Assembly (NCBI RefSeq): GCF_006345805.1
Contig: NC_043015.1
Location: forward strand, 3,472,001 to 3,536,000
Source of the DNA: Octopus sinensis
Lineage: Eukaryota
Length of the DNA stretch: 64,000 nucleotides
Reading direction: 5' to 3'
A program made the position numbers and the translations under genes. The notes under the pieces were generated by a model. It had not been told where the DNA came from. It did no database searches and worked only from the letters and a program-made list of their open reading frames with translations. This document shows positions 40,880 through 54,936 of the stretch, one piece after another. Each line of letters begins with the position of its first letter. Positions within the stretch are counted from its first letter, which is position 1.

Positions 40880-41262
40880 TTTAAAATTTTATGAGAGACC
40901 CAGTTTATCCCTTGTTGCAGGCACTATGTCCTAACGGAGAAGCAATCTTCCAAAATCAATAATGCGCCAATCCACCCTACTACAGTGGGTCCGAATTGAT
41001 TCAAAGAACACAAATTTAAAGAGAAACTCGTAAATTGCCTGCACAGTCACCGAGTCGTAATATTATAAAACATTTGTGAAATCATTTGGAGCCACACGTG
41101 AGGAAATGATTCCCTCCTCTAATATTGGTGAGAAGGCTAGAGTAGGGTTTGCTTAATGAATAAATGGAATGTCTAGTAGTAACCGCTCAAAATCTATATC
41201 AGACCGATCCTCGACGCACCGGAGAAATGCTTGTAGCCAAAGCAACATCAACTCTATATTGA
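40880..41262 (+). mobile_element. Tc1-like transposase 3' remnant
   Basis: Frameshifted QALCPNGEAIFQ..NAPIH, WF.EH, .P.QSP...II.NI, and PRR.....AK....Y* remnants. Confidence 0.7.
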
Positions 41263-43541
41263 ACAATTAAACTCTCATTTAAATAAAAAGTGTTTCGAAT
41301 ATTTTATCAAATCTGTTATATTTTTATACGTAAGTATCTAAACACAATCTAAATTTCGAATCGTGGCCTTAAATAGATGTATGGATAATATAGATTTTAT
41401 TTGGGGCATGTGTTATTTTATTTCGTGGCCGAGTAGTATATCTACTGAAACGAATATATATGTGATATCTCTGCAGATGCACCAAGTATTGTTCAGTTGA
41501 CAGGAAAGTTGCAAAATACTTGTATTAAGCACTTTTTTATGAGATTTGATTAAACGATATGTGCACAGAAATTGTTTTGATTATTCTTCTTTCGAGAACG
41601 TAATGTCGCAACTATTACAATAACATTCGTACGAAAATGTTTGCAGAGAAATGATTTTCACTTGCAGCGAATTGATGTCTCCAGTCGCTTTTCGTGAGAA
41701 TGTATTCGTGCATAACCAAAAGTTTTTTTCTGTGAATAATAGTGAGATTTGGATTGACTTATAAATGCATGAGCGTATATTCTTGAAATTGACAGTGTGT
41801 TCTGTTTTGAAGATCTACAATATCAGTCAATGGTATGGTCTAAAATGAATGCAATATTTTAGGATCTTCAAAATGTCAACAGTGGATATATCAAATTATT
41901 CGCGTTAGCATCATGTGTATGTCTATGCTTCATAAACTGGAGTTCCGATGCCTATTTTCCGTTGCGAGGATATAGCTCTAGTGTACACGATTTAGGTTCC
42001 TTTTTTAATCAGGCTTACACTTGGCGACATGAAATGCCACCAATTTTCCTTGCTATAATTTCAAGTGTAATTTCAATTACATTTTCATGATTTTAGATTC
42101 ATGTAAATGTATATGTTCCCCCTGTTTTTGCACAATATCATATATGATATCGTAAAAGAAGTCTGCTACACAATATCTTTAAAAAATGTTGATCTTAATA
42201 ACTTGGTATCACCACCCAAAGTGATGTTGATAAATTGTTGGTATGCCAAAAGAAATGATGAGGCATTGTTAGCAAGGCACGTGCCCAAACATTTGCATTT
42301 ATATATGGTATTCTACAATTTTGTCGCAAATACAAGCCTAGAAGTTTGAGATTGAAATATTCTTAGTAACAGGGGTGAGTATCGAAGAAATATCAAGCAA
42401 ACCTCTCCCCTTAAAAACATTTGAGATTGATGTAGCACCCGAACGTTAATTCCATTTCTTTCAATATTATAAATAAAATTACACTCCTCGTTGCATACGA
42501 TATAAACAATGGTCTCTTGAGAAGTAACCGCTACATGAGGCACTTTCCGTTATATATGATATATATAATAGTCTTTATCTTCATCCCTTGTTTCATATTT
42601 ATCTATAATTTTGGGACTGAAAAAGTATAAATTCTCAAAAGTTGGTTGCATTTGAAATATTGTGCATGTTCTTATGATAATATAACTGAGGAAAGCGTTG
42701 CAGTTATTATAGCTCACATGATATGAAAACCCGAGCATTTCCTATTAGCCAAGTATCGCTTTCAACATAATGATTAAGTAATATAATATTATCTTGGGTG
42801 CATTGGTGTATTTACAAGTAATAATTGAAACACGTTATTATGACATTGGAAAATAAATCCCTCATAGCATTTATAGGACAGAATTAATTTCGTTTCTCAT
42901 CGGCCGGGCATATACCAGTTGTAACAGTTGTATTGGATCACGCCTGGTTGCAGATCCCAAGTGACATGAATTACATGATAATTGAAAACCTCACTGCAGG
43001 AGTATTTCTTACGAAGATATAAGGAGCCATTATTTTTTTTTTCTTTTGTACAATGAAGAATTATTTCTGTGTGTTTTTCTTTTCGGTTTCATCGAAATAA
43101 TTTCTCAATGGTTTTATACTTAGGAGCTTACACTCCGGGTTTATGTTAGAATGGTAATGTCAGTGATTTCCTATTCTCAAAATTGCTGACTACCATCAGA
43201 ATATATAAGCTCTTTGTTAAAAGCGGATTATATTTAAATGTAAGGATCTCTCTCTCTCTCTCTCTATCTATTTACCTATCTGTCTATCTATATATATATC
43301 TAAGTATCTATTTCTCTTTTTTGTAGATCAAAATACGATTAAAAGAGGTCAAAGCAGTGACCTAATTTGCGTGAACTACATGATTTTTTAAAACAACTAT
43401 GCGTGGAAAAATTAAAGCCAGCGCTTTTATTAGGTGGTGTAAAGGAAAGGAATAACCTGTTACGATTGTTGACTTGAACTTTGATGCGAAAATTACTGTA
43501 GCAGAAATTGGTTGATTCATTATTTTTTTATTTGTTACAGC

Positions 43542-43723
43542 GTTTGACTGTAGCCACGCTGGAGCACAGACCTAAGGTGTTTTAGTCAAACAAGTCGATA
43601 CCAGGACTTATTCCTTGTAAGCATTGTACTTATTCGCCGAAGCTCTAAGTTACGGGGGCATAAACCAACACACCACCATCTGTTGCCAAGCTATGTCGGG
43701 AGGACAAACACAGACACAAATGT

Positions 43724-43763
<40 letters not shown>

Positions 43764-43819
43764 CGGGAAGCTTTATGAAAATAAACAAAAGACGAAGGCA
43801 GGTGGAAAACAAACGAACA

Positions 43820-43851
<32 letters not shown>

Positions 43852-44029
43852 ATGTGTGTGTGTGTGTGTATACACATACGACGAGCTTCTTTCAAGTTCT
43901 GTCTGCCCAATCCACTAACAAAGATTTGGTCGGCCAGAGGCTATAATGGAAGTCACTTGCTCAACGTGCCACGCTGTGGGATTTGAACCTGTACCCATCT
44001 GGTTTGGAAGCAAGCTTCTTACTACACAG
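43542..44029 (-). mobile_element. tRNA-derived SINE with internal microsatellite and a nested 59-bp insert
   Basis: Head ctgtgtagtaagaagcttgct...ggttcaaatcccacagcgtggcacg, body ggccgaccaaa...gtggattgg, 3' part aataagtcctgg...gctccagcgtggctacagtcaaac on the minus strand. Confidence 0.9.
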
Positions 44030-44504
44030 TGAGGTTTCTGCAGGCCCTCGGTTTTTGTTTCACTTGCTGAAATGCAGAAACATTAAAAGCATATTTCTTT
44101 TGTAAATAAAGAAATAAAGCATTTTAAAAAACATATTCCGGCTATTGCTGCTTCATATCAGTCGAGGCACTTCAAACTGCTTTATAGTTTATTGTGAGCA
44201 AAAGTAAAGTAATTATTCACAGATCAATATGCTTCATCAGGTGATACCCTTTTTACTTAATTGCACTAGCATAAGAAATTACATATTCTGAGGAAAACAG
44301 ACTTGTAGCAATGTATAGGAATACTTAATTATTTCACGCTGTGAGGAGTTGAAAAAGGACAGATTGAGAATCATATACTGCATTTGTCTAACAGGAGTGG
44401 GCAGTGTGTCATAGACTTTCTTTAAATGATTATTTAGTGGTATGGCATATTTATTGCATATTACAGAATGTATACCTTCATTAATATCGAGATTTTCATA
44501 CTTC

Positions 44505-44687
44505 ATGTCATAGACGACATTTGATAATTTATGTCATAGACAAAATTTTCGTAATTTATGTCACTGACGACATTTTCATAATTTATATCATAGACGACAT
44601 TTTCATAATTTATGTCACTGATGACATTTTCATAATTTATGTCATACACGACATTTCATTCCTAGTTAGGTAGGAATGGAATGTCGT
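44505..44687 (+). repeat. 27-bp minisatellite (about 5.7 copies) ending in a 17-bp hairpin
   Basis: Unit atgtcatagacgacattttcataattt; hairpin acgacatttcattccta-gttagg-taggaatggaatgtcgt at 44648-44687. Confidence 0.85.
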
Positions 44688-46194
44688 CTCTGATATTTCT
44701 TTTTATAATATATAGTTTTTGCTATACATTGCGTATAGCATAAAGGAATTTTATATATTGATTATAACAATTTGCTGTTTCTAAGATGTATAGTGACCTC
44801 ATAAATGTCACTTATTTATATTGAAATATATAAGGACAGTTTTGGCCAGCCTAAAAATAACGGAAAAGGAAATTGTGTGCGTTAAATATCACAAGTAGCT
44901 ATTTATTGATACATCAGCTTCGGTTTCAACAGTATGAAATGAAGCCATTTGCCAGAAAAAGTCTAAAACAAAAATTACTAATATTGTTCTAAAATTAGTA
45001 CTTTGAACAATTGAAAACAATTTAGTTTTACCAATGATTTGAACTAAATGACGCTCAGTTTTAGTTAATTGTTCAAATTTTGTATAGGTTGCTTTCTGAA
45101 AATACTAGTTAACTCACCAGTCTCGTTTTTGTTTACCTTGGAAGTGACTGTCGCCTAAATCGAAGTCACCTCTTTCTTTACTCAAACTATTCTAACGAGT
45201 ATAATGAAATGTGACACAATAAAGCTAGCACTATAAAACATCAAAGGCGGCAACAATCAAAGATGCAAAGGGAAAAATATCAAACTAAACATGCTCAAAT
45301 CACATATCAAACTAAACATGCTCAAATCACATGACAATGAACGGAATCAAGAAATAAAAAGTAAAGGAAAACAAATTTATATGAACACTAAAACATTAGG
45401 TGGCAGCAAAAACATATATAACCTAAACAGAATACAATTTGACACAACGAAGAGGCACAATGAGACTAAAAACAATCAGCGAATGAGGAATTTTATATCA
45501 TATAACCATATTTTTGATATAATACTTTTGATACAGAGCAACTACCATTAAAGATAAATAAACAGAATAATCGAATTGTTATTATCAAAATGATAACCAC
45601 TACATAACATAGCCGTCACAATATCATTATATTCTCTGTGGTAGTAAATTTTCAAGTATTTGGGAAAGTATTCTTCAGTGTGTCTTTCGTTAAATTGGCC
45701 GATCGTATGTAGTGTTGATATTAATATCATTTGCAACAATGATACTTTCGCCGTTGTGACTGGTTGAATATTTCAAATTCTGCGCTGGTGTTCCGAAAAA
45801 AGTATAAAAAGGAAAATATAGAAATAAATGTCAGTTAATATGTTGTCAAATGTGTGACTAAAGAGACTCTATCTTTTGGACATAAAACTTTTAGTGTTTG
45901 TCATCATAACTTTCACACAAATGTCGCAAAAACCGCCTATCTAGATGTGTTTTTTTTTAATGTTCATGAACACAAATTCAGTAGAAAAGATAGGTCTGAC
46001 AGCTTGACAACCATCATTTCCAGTAATATTTGTACCTGCGATTTAACTAGTACTGCTCAAACATACCCACAGATACACACACATACCACAAACAAATATA
46101 TGCATACGCACATACACACACACACGTGCGCGCATACACACACACAATATATCTAAATTTACATATATATATACATTACTGTATGTATACACAG

Positions 46195-46253
<59 letters not shown>

Positions 46254-46541
46254 TATATATATATGTATATATATGCATACTCATTCTTATGTCTAATCTC
46301 TGTACATATTCATGTGCGCATGTGCGCGTATGTGTGTGCGTGCATGTGTATGTGTGTGTGTGTGAATGATGTTTATTATATGCGTAAATATATATCCACC
46401 GTTTCTCTTTGTCCATCTTTCTGTCTTTCCTTTTTTGTGATGCATAAATTCTCATGCCCTTGTGAATGTAGAGTACATAAGCCGATCAAAGATCGTATTT
46501 CTAGATAAATCTAGTAAACTTTGAGTTAAATTCATCTAACT

Positions 46542-46686
46542 CGGGGCTCTCCAAAGTGGTCTATATCGACACCTGGTGTTGATAGGAGTATTCAAGGAGT
46601 CGATAAATACACATATACTTATTATTTATTTATTTTCTTGTACATGCCGGGCGTCGATGAGGAATCAAAAAGTTTGGGGACCGCGG
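46542..46686. mobile_element. hAT-type MITE, 145 bp
   Basis: Imperfect TIRs cggggctctccaaa / tttggggaccgcgg and 8-bp target-site duplication atctaact (46534-46541) / atctagct (46687-46694). Confidence 0.7.
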
Positions 46687-46780
46687 ATCTAGCTGGAGAT
46701 AGTTGAGCATGACACATTTCCCCTAAAATGCTATTAAAATGTAACGACACAGGTGTGTATCAACTAATTATATTTATACA

Positions 46781-46980
46781 CTTTTATTTGTTTCAGCCAT
46801 GCCAGAGCACCGCCTTTAGTCGAAAAAAAATCGACTCCGAGACTTATTCTATGTAAGCCTTATTCTATCGGATCTCTTTTGCCGAACCGCTAAGAGGCGG
46901 GGACATAAACACACCAGGGTCGGTTGTCAAGCATTGGTACGAGGACAAACACAGACTTACAAACATGCATACACACACAT

Positions 46981-47036
<56 letters not shown>

Positions 47037-47208
47037 AATACATATAAACGACGGGCTTATTTCAGTTTCCATCTACTATATCCACTTACAAGGCTTTGGT
47101 CGACCCGAAGATAGGGTAGATGGTACTTTCCCAAAATGCCGCGCAGTGGGACTGAACAGGGAACCATGTGGTTGGTAAGCACCCTACTTGCCAACAGCCA
47201 CTCCTGCG
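46781..47208 (-). mobile_element. Near full-length tRNA-derived SINE (same family as 43542)
   Basis: Minus strand: gagtggctg...gtagggtgcttaccaaccacatggttccctgttcagtcccactgcg head, (TA)/(TG) middle, ttgacaaccga...gcggttcggcaaaagag...ggtgctctggcatggctgaaacaaataaaag tail. Confidence 0.92.
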
Positions 47209-47950
47209 ACTATCGTATGTTGTTGCATTTGAATATCTTTGTATTTTGTGACATTATGCCACTGTAAACATATCTACATCATGTCCTTCTAGAATATGAT
47301 TGATTGTCAAATGCCACGCAAAACGAATTGCCATTTTTCATTTAATTTATGTGTGATCGATATGTTCGATTTTCGAAGCTTTAATCTACTATCTACAGAG
47401 TAGGGCTAATACGGCCCTTGGGTTAAAAGCTTCTCGATTCAGGTAAAGTGAAGCAAGTTCTTACAAAAAGACTGTTGATTCCTTAGATTCTGAGAATACT
47501 TTACGTTAACTAACAGTCTGATATATATTCTTATATAAGTTAGTACTAATCAAAATACTAGGAAGTACACATTCCGAGCTTAATTCATGTTGACAAGTTT
47601 CAGCGAACACAATCATATAATTCTAAAACTCTTTTCGCGAGCGTCTTGTTCTGCAAGAAATATATCTGAATCTTTAAATATACTTGTGTAAAGTTTTCCT
47701 AGAAAACTTGAAGAATCTGGTGTAATTTCATTTGTTTCATATTGGCAATAATGCTACGTTAAAGCTGCTGTATATCTAAAAGGAAAACAATAGAAAAATG
47801 GAGAACTAAAAAGAAAGAACTAAAATAGTTCCAAATGACAATTCAAGTGAGAATAGTAGAAATGTTAAATAACTTCGGGACTGATTTAACATGATTAACA
47901 ATTCAAGAATTGATACGACAACGGCACTAAATATAGTAAATCACTAAAAA

Positions 47951-47981
<31 letters not shown>

Positions 47982-50509
47982 CATAAAATTAAAAGTATTA
48001 AAAAAACTCAGATTAATGATGTCTAGTTTCAGCGACGGCTAATGAAATTTCACTTGTGAATAACCAATTGAAAGAACGGAGCAATTTAAATTGGAAAATT
48101 TAGATACAAAATTTGGTCAAATCAGAAATATAAATTGATATTTAATTGATATTGCAGGAACTCAAAGTAAAATTGATAAAAAAACGAAAATGATAGATTC
48201 TGAAACCTATTAAATAATAAACAAGATAAAATTTTAATGAGAACTAAATTAATTATCGAGTCCATTTTGTATGTATTGGCTAGTTGGTGAAAAGGAATTC
48301 TTTCCTAATAATGCACTTATTTTTTTTGTTATTAGTTTTTGCTTCTTTAGATTACAGTATATAACATGTACGCGGGATAAAGCACCCAATGTAATGTCAG
48401 AAAACAAGTAATATTTTTCATGGAATATTTCATCTTTCTATAACTTAATATAATTGTATTCTTTCTTGTTTTAGTAAGCAATGACCATATATTGCGGCTA
48501 GTATAAATAAATTTGGCAGGAATATATGTTTCCATGCATCTTTGCACTATACAAAATACCACGATATTGTTTAGCCGATTGCCCTAAAATGTGTCATCTT
48601 GCTTAAAATACATCGATAATTTCTTACTGTAGACTGGCTAAACATTACAAACCAAACTAACCTCAATTGATTTACAAAAACCTTTTACAAGTCTTGATTT
48701 TTCTTGGCTGTTCATATTTGAATGGAAATTTTCCTTGCTAGAAACATGTACTTTTCATAGATACTTAGAAAAAAGACTTCATACCCAGCGATGTCTGCAA
48801 ATGACGTTTTACAAAAACAATACTTTTGTACATATCGAATATTTTAAATATTTAAGCCCCAAAAGACAGCGTAATCGTCTAGATCTTCTGCAATCGTCTA
48901 TGATTTTCTGCAATAGAAATTTATTATTGTAGCTACTATCAAAAATACAAATTGTGAAAATTATTGTGAGGCACAGATGATATCATTACAAATCTAGTTT
49001 CGTCGTTTTTTATATAGAAATCTAATTCACATATTACACAGTTCATTTTTTTTGTATCAGACTAATATTTTATATTTTCGTCCACGAAGAAGATAACAGA
49101 AATATTGTACAACTCATTATATCTTACAAAACAGCATTCACCGCAATGAACATACGTGCAATTACAATGGTCCTCCAAGAAATTTGTATATCATACCTAG
49201 ATCTAAGACGTGGGTAGAAATAAAAAAAATTCAATATTAACTTAGGATTACACCAGAAAACCGCTGTATCAGCAATGAGAGCTGGATAGCATTTTTGCAG
49301 AAGAGGCTATCTGAAGTGAGTTAAAATTATTCTACAGAAGGTTTAAAACACACTAATCCCGTTATCACAATTCACATAATTATTATCATATTAGGAAAAC
49401 ACCTGAAGGTGGATGATCTTCATAGTTATGATTAATGTACATTTTGTATTTTGAAATTATTATACGTGAATAAATGTTTTATGCAAATAAATTCGTATAC
49501 ATCAGAGTTTTAGGTTATTGTGATAGCAAGTAAATGCAGAATGCCTGAAATTCTTTGCAAATGACATTACTGTTAATATTTTTTTCTTAACGTGGTTTCC
49601 TGCAGTTTCTCGATTTATATATAATTTATGTTTTTGTACAGGGCGCTGTTAGAAATGTCAAGAATTTCACCGGTCTTAAGGCAAAATTGTATGTTAAAAT
49701 TTGTAGAAATTTTTAAATTTATTTTCTCGGGAAATATGAAAGCTAACTGAATAAAATATGACAATGAAATTATCCTGTTTAATTTCCAAAAGACTCATTG
49801 AATCAGAAAAAGAGGAAACAGTGAATAGCCTTTAGTGACTGTTTAGTAAATATATCAATGTGTGTATCTTCAATATTCAATGTGTGTATCTTCAGTGACA
49901 GCAGTTCACTCGCTGCATACAACGAAAGTCTCACTGCCAACGATATCTATATTTACATTGACTGGCAGTATGCAAGCCCATAACAGACAATCTTCATCTG
50001 CTAACGATATATATGTGCGAATTTATGCAACTGATACTCATATGATAGGAGCTTTCACAGCAAAAACTGCACTATTCAACTTCCGAACACAGCATTCACA
50101 TAAATTTGGATGTAGATATTGGATTTATATTACTAATGCTGCATCTGTTGCTAATAATTAGTTTTAGAATAGCCTGCTGCTCACTATAAATTCATATATT
50201 GCTAGCAGTGAGATATGGATAGTATACTGTAAGCAGACAGCTCTAACAGAAACGACGCAATACGTTGAAATCACTTAATTTGACAGTTCTGACGCCAATA
50301 AAAAGCGACTGTAGATGGTCACTGTTATATGTATTCGTGCTTTTATGCACCAAGTGTTGATATGAAATAACACTCAGAGCGAATAACGCAATAATCGGCG
50401 TTCAGAAAGAACCCGGAGAGTAATAGAATGAATATCTTTTGATATTTTTACTGTATCTGTCGCTTATAATATAGATATATGCATATATATGTGTGCTTGT
50501 GTGTATGTG

Positions 50510-50678
50510 AGTGTGCTTTGTGTGTGGTTATGCATAACCATGCATATATACATAAACAAATATCTGTGTGTATGTATATATATATGCATACATATATAAA
50601 CATATACGTACATACATATATTCAGATAAAAACTGAAACCTTAGTATATATATACATACATATATGTATATGTATATG

Positions 50679-50771
<93 letters not shown>

Positions 50772-50772
50772 A

Positions 50773-50805
<33 letters not shown>

Positions 50806-50808
50806 TAT

Positions 50809-50859
<51 letters not shown>

Positions 50860-51143
50860 TAATAAATATTAGGGAATAAATCCAAATTTACAGGCAAAAA
50901 ATCAGATTTAGGATTAAATCCAATTTTATAGTAAAATATTATATAATATTAATTAGAGACAAAACCACTATTGCTATATATATATATATATATACATACC
51001 CAACAATATATTAACATGAGTGTGCCTGTGTGAGTGTATTTATATGTATATGTTTATATATGTATGCATATATATATACATACACACAGATATTTGTTTA
51101 TGTATATATGCATGGTTATGCATAACCACACACAAAGCACACT
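50510..51143. repeat. Local 98-bp perfect inverted duplication (50510-50607 / 51046-51143)
   Basis: Base-by-base reverse complement identity; contains the 16-bp palindrome TGGTTATGCATAACCA. Confidence 0.92.
50861..50972 (+). mobile_element. Terminal fragment of PLE family A within (TA)n
   Basis: Near-identical to 31296-31408 (aataaatattagggaataaatccaaatttacagg...gagacaaaaccactatt). Confidence 0.9.
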
Positions 51144-51176
51144 TATATATATATATACACTTATATGTTATAATAT

Positions 51177-51381
51177 GCTTGTGTGTCTGTGTTTATCCCC
51201 CTGCCAACGCTCTTGACAACCGATGTTAGTGTGTTTACGTTCTTGTAACTTAGCAGTTCTGCAAGACAGACCGATAGATTATGTACTAGGCTTACAAAGA
51301 ATAAGTCCTGGGGTCGATTTGTTCGACTGAAATCGGTGCAGCAGCATGGCCGCAGTCATATGACTGAAACAAGTAAAAGAA
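51177..51381 (+). mobile_element. SINE 3' half (family of 43542/46781)
   Basis: gtgtctgtgtttatcccc...ttgacaaccgatg...aggcttacaaagaataagtcctggggtcgatttg...catggccgcagtca.atgactgaaacaagtaaaaga. Confidence 0.92.
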
Positions 51382-51473
51382 TGTATCTTATATCTATCAT
51401 TCGTGAAAATTTCAAATGAATGGAAGAAATCGTAAGTTATAAGGAAATAAAAATAATAATCTTCCAAATTGGA

Positions 51474-52483
51474 ACGGCTGAAAGTTAAGGGTAGAAAAAC
51501 GATGAAAAATGGAACAAGAACAAAAAGGCAACCTTTAATATCAATGACCTTCTGACATGTGTTACCATAAGACTGAATCATTTTCTTGCAAAATGATGGA
51601 GTAATATTGTTCCATTCGTTTTTCAATAATTTCCAATGTTCCTCTTAATTCTTTGGATTTTTCCTTCGCGCCTCACCTCCAATAGTCTTCCATACGTTTC
51701 ATATATGTTTCAGATAAGAACTGTGAGGTGACCAGTCAATGAAATCAACTCCTTTATCACACAAATATCTTTTGACTCTCTTTACAGTATGACAGTGAGC
51801 GTTGTCCTGCACGAAGATAAATGGCTGGATTGACGAAGATTGGAAATGTGAAAGGGCATGCCGTCTAAGTATCTGCATGTAGATTTCAGCATTTACAATC
51901 CCTTGTAGGCGAATAGGTGGGTCAGCACAAAAAGCAGGGATCACCTCCCATACCATTCACTGCCTCCTTCATATTTCACTGTCTCTTTCACACTTCATCG
52001 GAAGTACATCCCGCCATCGGAACGAACACATTAAAATCCGATTCATTGCTAAATTGAACCTGTGACCGCCGTTCTTCTGTCCAAATGACGTGATCATGTG
52101 CGAAACAAAGACGGGTCCTTTGGTACTTCGTGGAGATGAGAGGTTTCTTTGTGAAGTTGTACGAAGACCATCGGCTTTGCATTTATCATTTGTCGATCCT
52201 GACGACTTAAAACGAGCTTCATTTCGTTACACAATACGTCTAGACATTCGTACATTAGTTGCTAATAAATAATTGTTCTCGCCCTTCTGCTGAAGGAACA
52301 ATATTCTTTATTTTTCATTACAGGACACCGGCCGTCTCTCACATGCCGCCATGTTCATAGTTGAATGTTCCAATAATGTTAATTCATAAGAAGGAATTGT
52401 TAGCCTATTAACAGTCTTCTACACAAGAAATACCTCGATTACTAATTCATTTTTTCTAAGTGACCCTTAACCTTTGACCGCTG
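51474..52483 (-). mobile_element. Decayed Tc1-like transposon with degenerate TIRs
   Basis: KKPLIS...RL.FA.DHV.WTEE...V.FS.ES.FN (52182-51988) and FIFVQDNA.CH...W.P.S..L (51956-51699); TIR-like cggctgaaagttaagggt (51475) / acccttaacctttgaccgctg (52463-52483). Confidence 0.88.
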
Positions 52484-53671
52484 CATTTAGGAGGAATATT
52501 TGCTTATTTCGTGATAACGTCCGGAATGTTTAGTACATTCACTTTAAATTTTCACGAAGGACAGATATTAGCTATATATAAATATGCGTAAAATATCTTG
52601 CCTTATCGCATTGTTAGTCTTCTAAAGTAATTATTTCAATAATTCTGTTGTTACTGACCCTTATATTATGGCCGCTACTGTACATACACTAGCATTAAAT
52701 GAATAGACTTCTTTGCCAAACCATGAAATCTGACACACAATATATATGCATGTATGTACTTCAAACGTACACACACATGTCTCTATACATGACACAACCA
52801 CAAAGGCAAATATACAAATATATGTGTGTGTGAGGACCGTCCGTGCATGTGTGTGACTTTATGCGTGCATGCGCGTGTGTGTGTGTTTTTGCTACTCAAC
52901 ATGCCACAATGGGACTGAACGATATCGTTCCGTGTTCAGTCCAACTGTGTGTCACCTTCGTCAAGTGTCTTCTATGATTTCACCCTCTTCTCCTATAGCC
53001 TAACTTCCTATGTATCTTAATGCATGTTCCCTGCTGTTTAAACATTACCTATCAATTTATTGTTGTCCATAAAAATTTGCTGTTCTATACGTCAAAACAT
53101 GTCTTACAGCATATGCTACTGTAATTTACTATCTCTTCTATATATCCGAAAATCCTTTCTCCTGTATCTGGTGCTCATACATAAACATTCTCTGTCTACA
53201 TTAAAACTTCTCAATCTTCCTCTGGATAAGACATAACCATTCTAGATCCGCCTCATGCCTTCTCAAACTTCCTCTCGTTCTCTTTTATACTATGCACTAT
53301 GCTTATCTTATATTATGGCATGCACTATGTTTATCTTATATTATCTCATGCACTATATTAATCTTATATCTAACCTCATATATCGTTGCTGCATAATTTT
53401 AATCGCATTTGATCTCAATTTTCTCAATATCTTTCGGTTTCACTCATCCACTTATTCTCTATCTCCCTCAGATATTCATTCAATTTATCCCTCTTTGATA
53501 TGATTTTTACATCACTTGTTGACAGATTAATGGCTAGCAATATATCAATATTAGTCATATGTACATATGATTTCAACATAAATCAGTGCTACTTCTAGAC
53601 AATAATTATAAATCAAATATTCAGAAAACTAAACGCAGTATGTCTATCTGTCGGACGCTATATTTGCTTTC

Positions 53672-53994
53672 GTGAGGGCGCGTGGCTTAGTGGTTAGGGC
53701 ATTCGGCTCATGATCGTAAGGTTGTGAGTTCGATTCCCGGCGACGCGTTGTGTCCTTGAGGAAGACACTTTATTTCACGTTGCTGCAGTCCACTCAGCTG
53801 GCAAAAATGAGTTGTACTTGTATTTCAAAGGGTCAGCCTTGTCACTCTCTGTGTCACGCTGATTATCCCCGAGAACTACGTTAAGGGTACACGTGTCTGT
53901 GGAATGCTCAGCCATTTGCACGTTAATTTCACGAGCAAGCTGTTCCGTTGATCGTATCAGCTGGGACCCTCGTCGTCGTAACCGGCGGAGTCTT
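53672..53994 (+). mobile_element. Full-length young tRNA-derived SINE with 13-bp target-site duplication
   Basis: A box TGGCTTAGTGG, B box GTTCGATTCCC, CORE-like tgtgtccttgaggaagacactt; TSD tatatttgctttc at 53659-53671 and 53995-54007. Confidence 0.95.
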
Positions 53995-54885
53995 TATATT
54001 TGCTTTCATTAAATCTACATATATACGAATCTATAACGTTATCTTCAATATCAAATTCACAAGATATCATAAGGACACGCGCTCTTGTTGATATTTCGCG
54101 TGAATAAACATAAATCTATAGATACATATCCACATGTACGAAAACACACACATGTATATATTCACACACAAACATATATTATATACATTTGGTTGCACAC
54201 ACAAGCGCACATTCTCATATACACCTGTGTATGTGCGAGAGTGTGTGTGTGTGTGCGTGTGTGCGCATGTATGTCTGTGTGTAATTGTCAATGGATGCAT
54301 GTATATAATCTTAAAAAAGAAATAAACACTATAACTTCCTCGTAATATACTGGGAATAATATATAACATATATTCGCATTTCTACTTGAAATATAGTAAG
54401 TACGTGCCTTATATGTAAGATTTATAATTATATTCAAATACTTCATCATTCCACGACTAGAAGTCTGGTCTGTATTGCCGTTTTGTCGTCGGATCAAAAA
54501 GTAAATTATATATCATAGAATCAATTAGTCAGCTGAGAATTAGAAATTCAATCGAGGCACATTTGGGAGTGAAGTTGATAAATTCACTTTATCTTGCCGT
54601 TTTTCTAACAAAGGAATAAAATAAACAACCTAAGTTATTCAATTTTTGTGAGAATATCAATCTGATAAAACTGGGGAATCATCGACATAGAAGGTATTTG
54701 CTGCCCGTCAGGTTCTACGAATAATGAATATTTGTTGATAGATATTCCAGACTGATAAATACTTGTTGTACGTACCTATATACATATATATATATATATG
54801 TAGGTCCCGGATTGATTCGGGGTTAACCACAGTAAATAAGGTACTCAATACATAGCAGAGTAAAATTAATTTATTATATAGAAGG

Positions 54886-54936
54886 AGCTTCTACAGGACT
54901 AGAACTGTTTCATTCAAGAGAAATCTTCAGGAAGCT
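54886..54936 (-). ncRNA. Type I hammerhead ribozyme (family D, minus-strand copy)
   Basis: Exact reverse complement of 55201-55251. Confidence 0.9.

Noticed and set aside
44226-44243. cacctgatgaagcat shared with position 581
   Set aside because: 15-nt match only; no downstream GAAA or stem II.
53672-53745. tRNA-like sequences (also 7120-7200, 9006, 38600-38660, 43950-44029, 47130-47208, 52905-52960)
   Set aside because: They have A/B boxes but continue into SINE bodies and lack a complete cloverleaf/acceptor stem; SINE heads, not tRNA genes.
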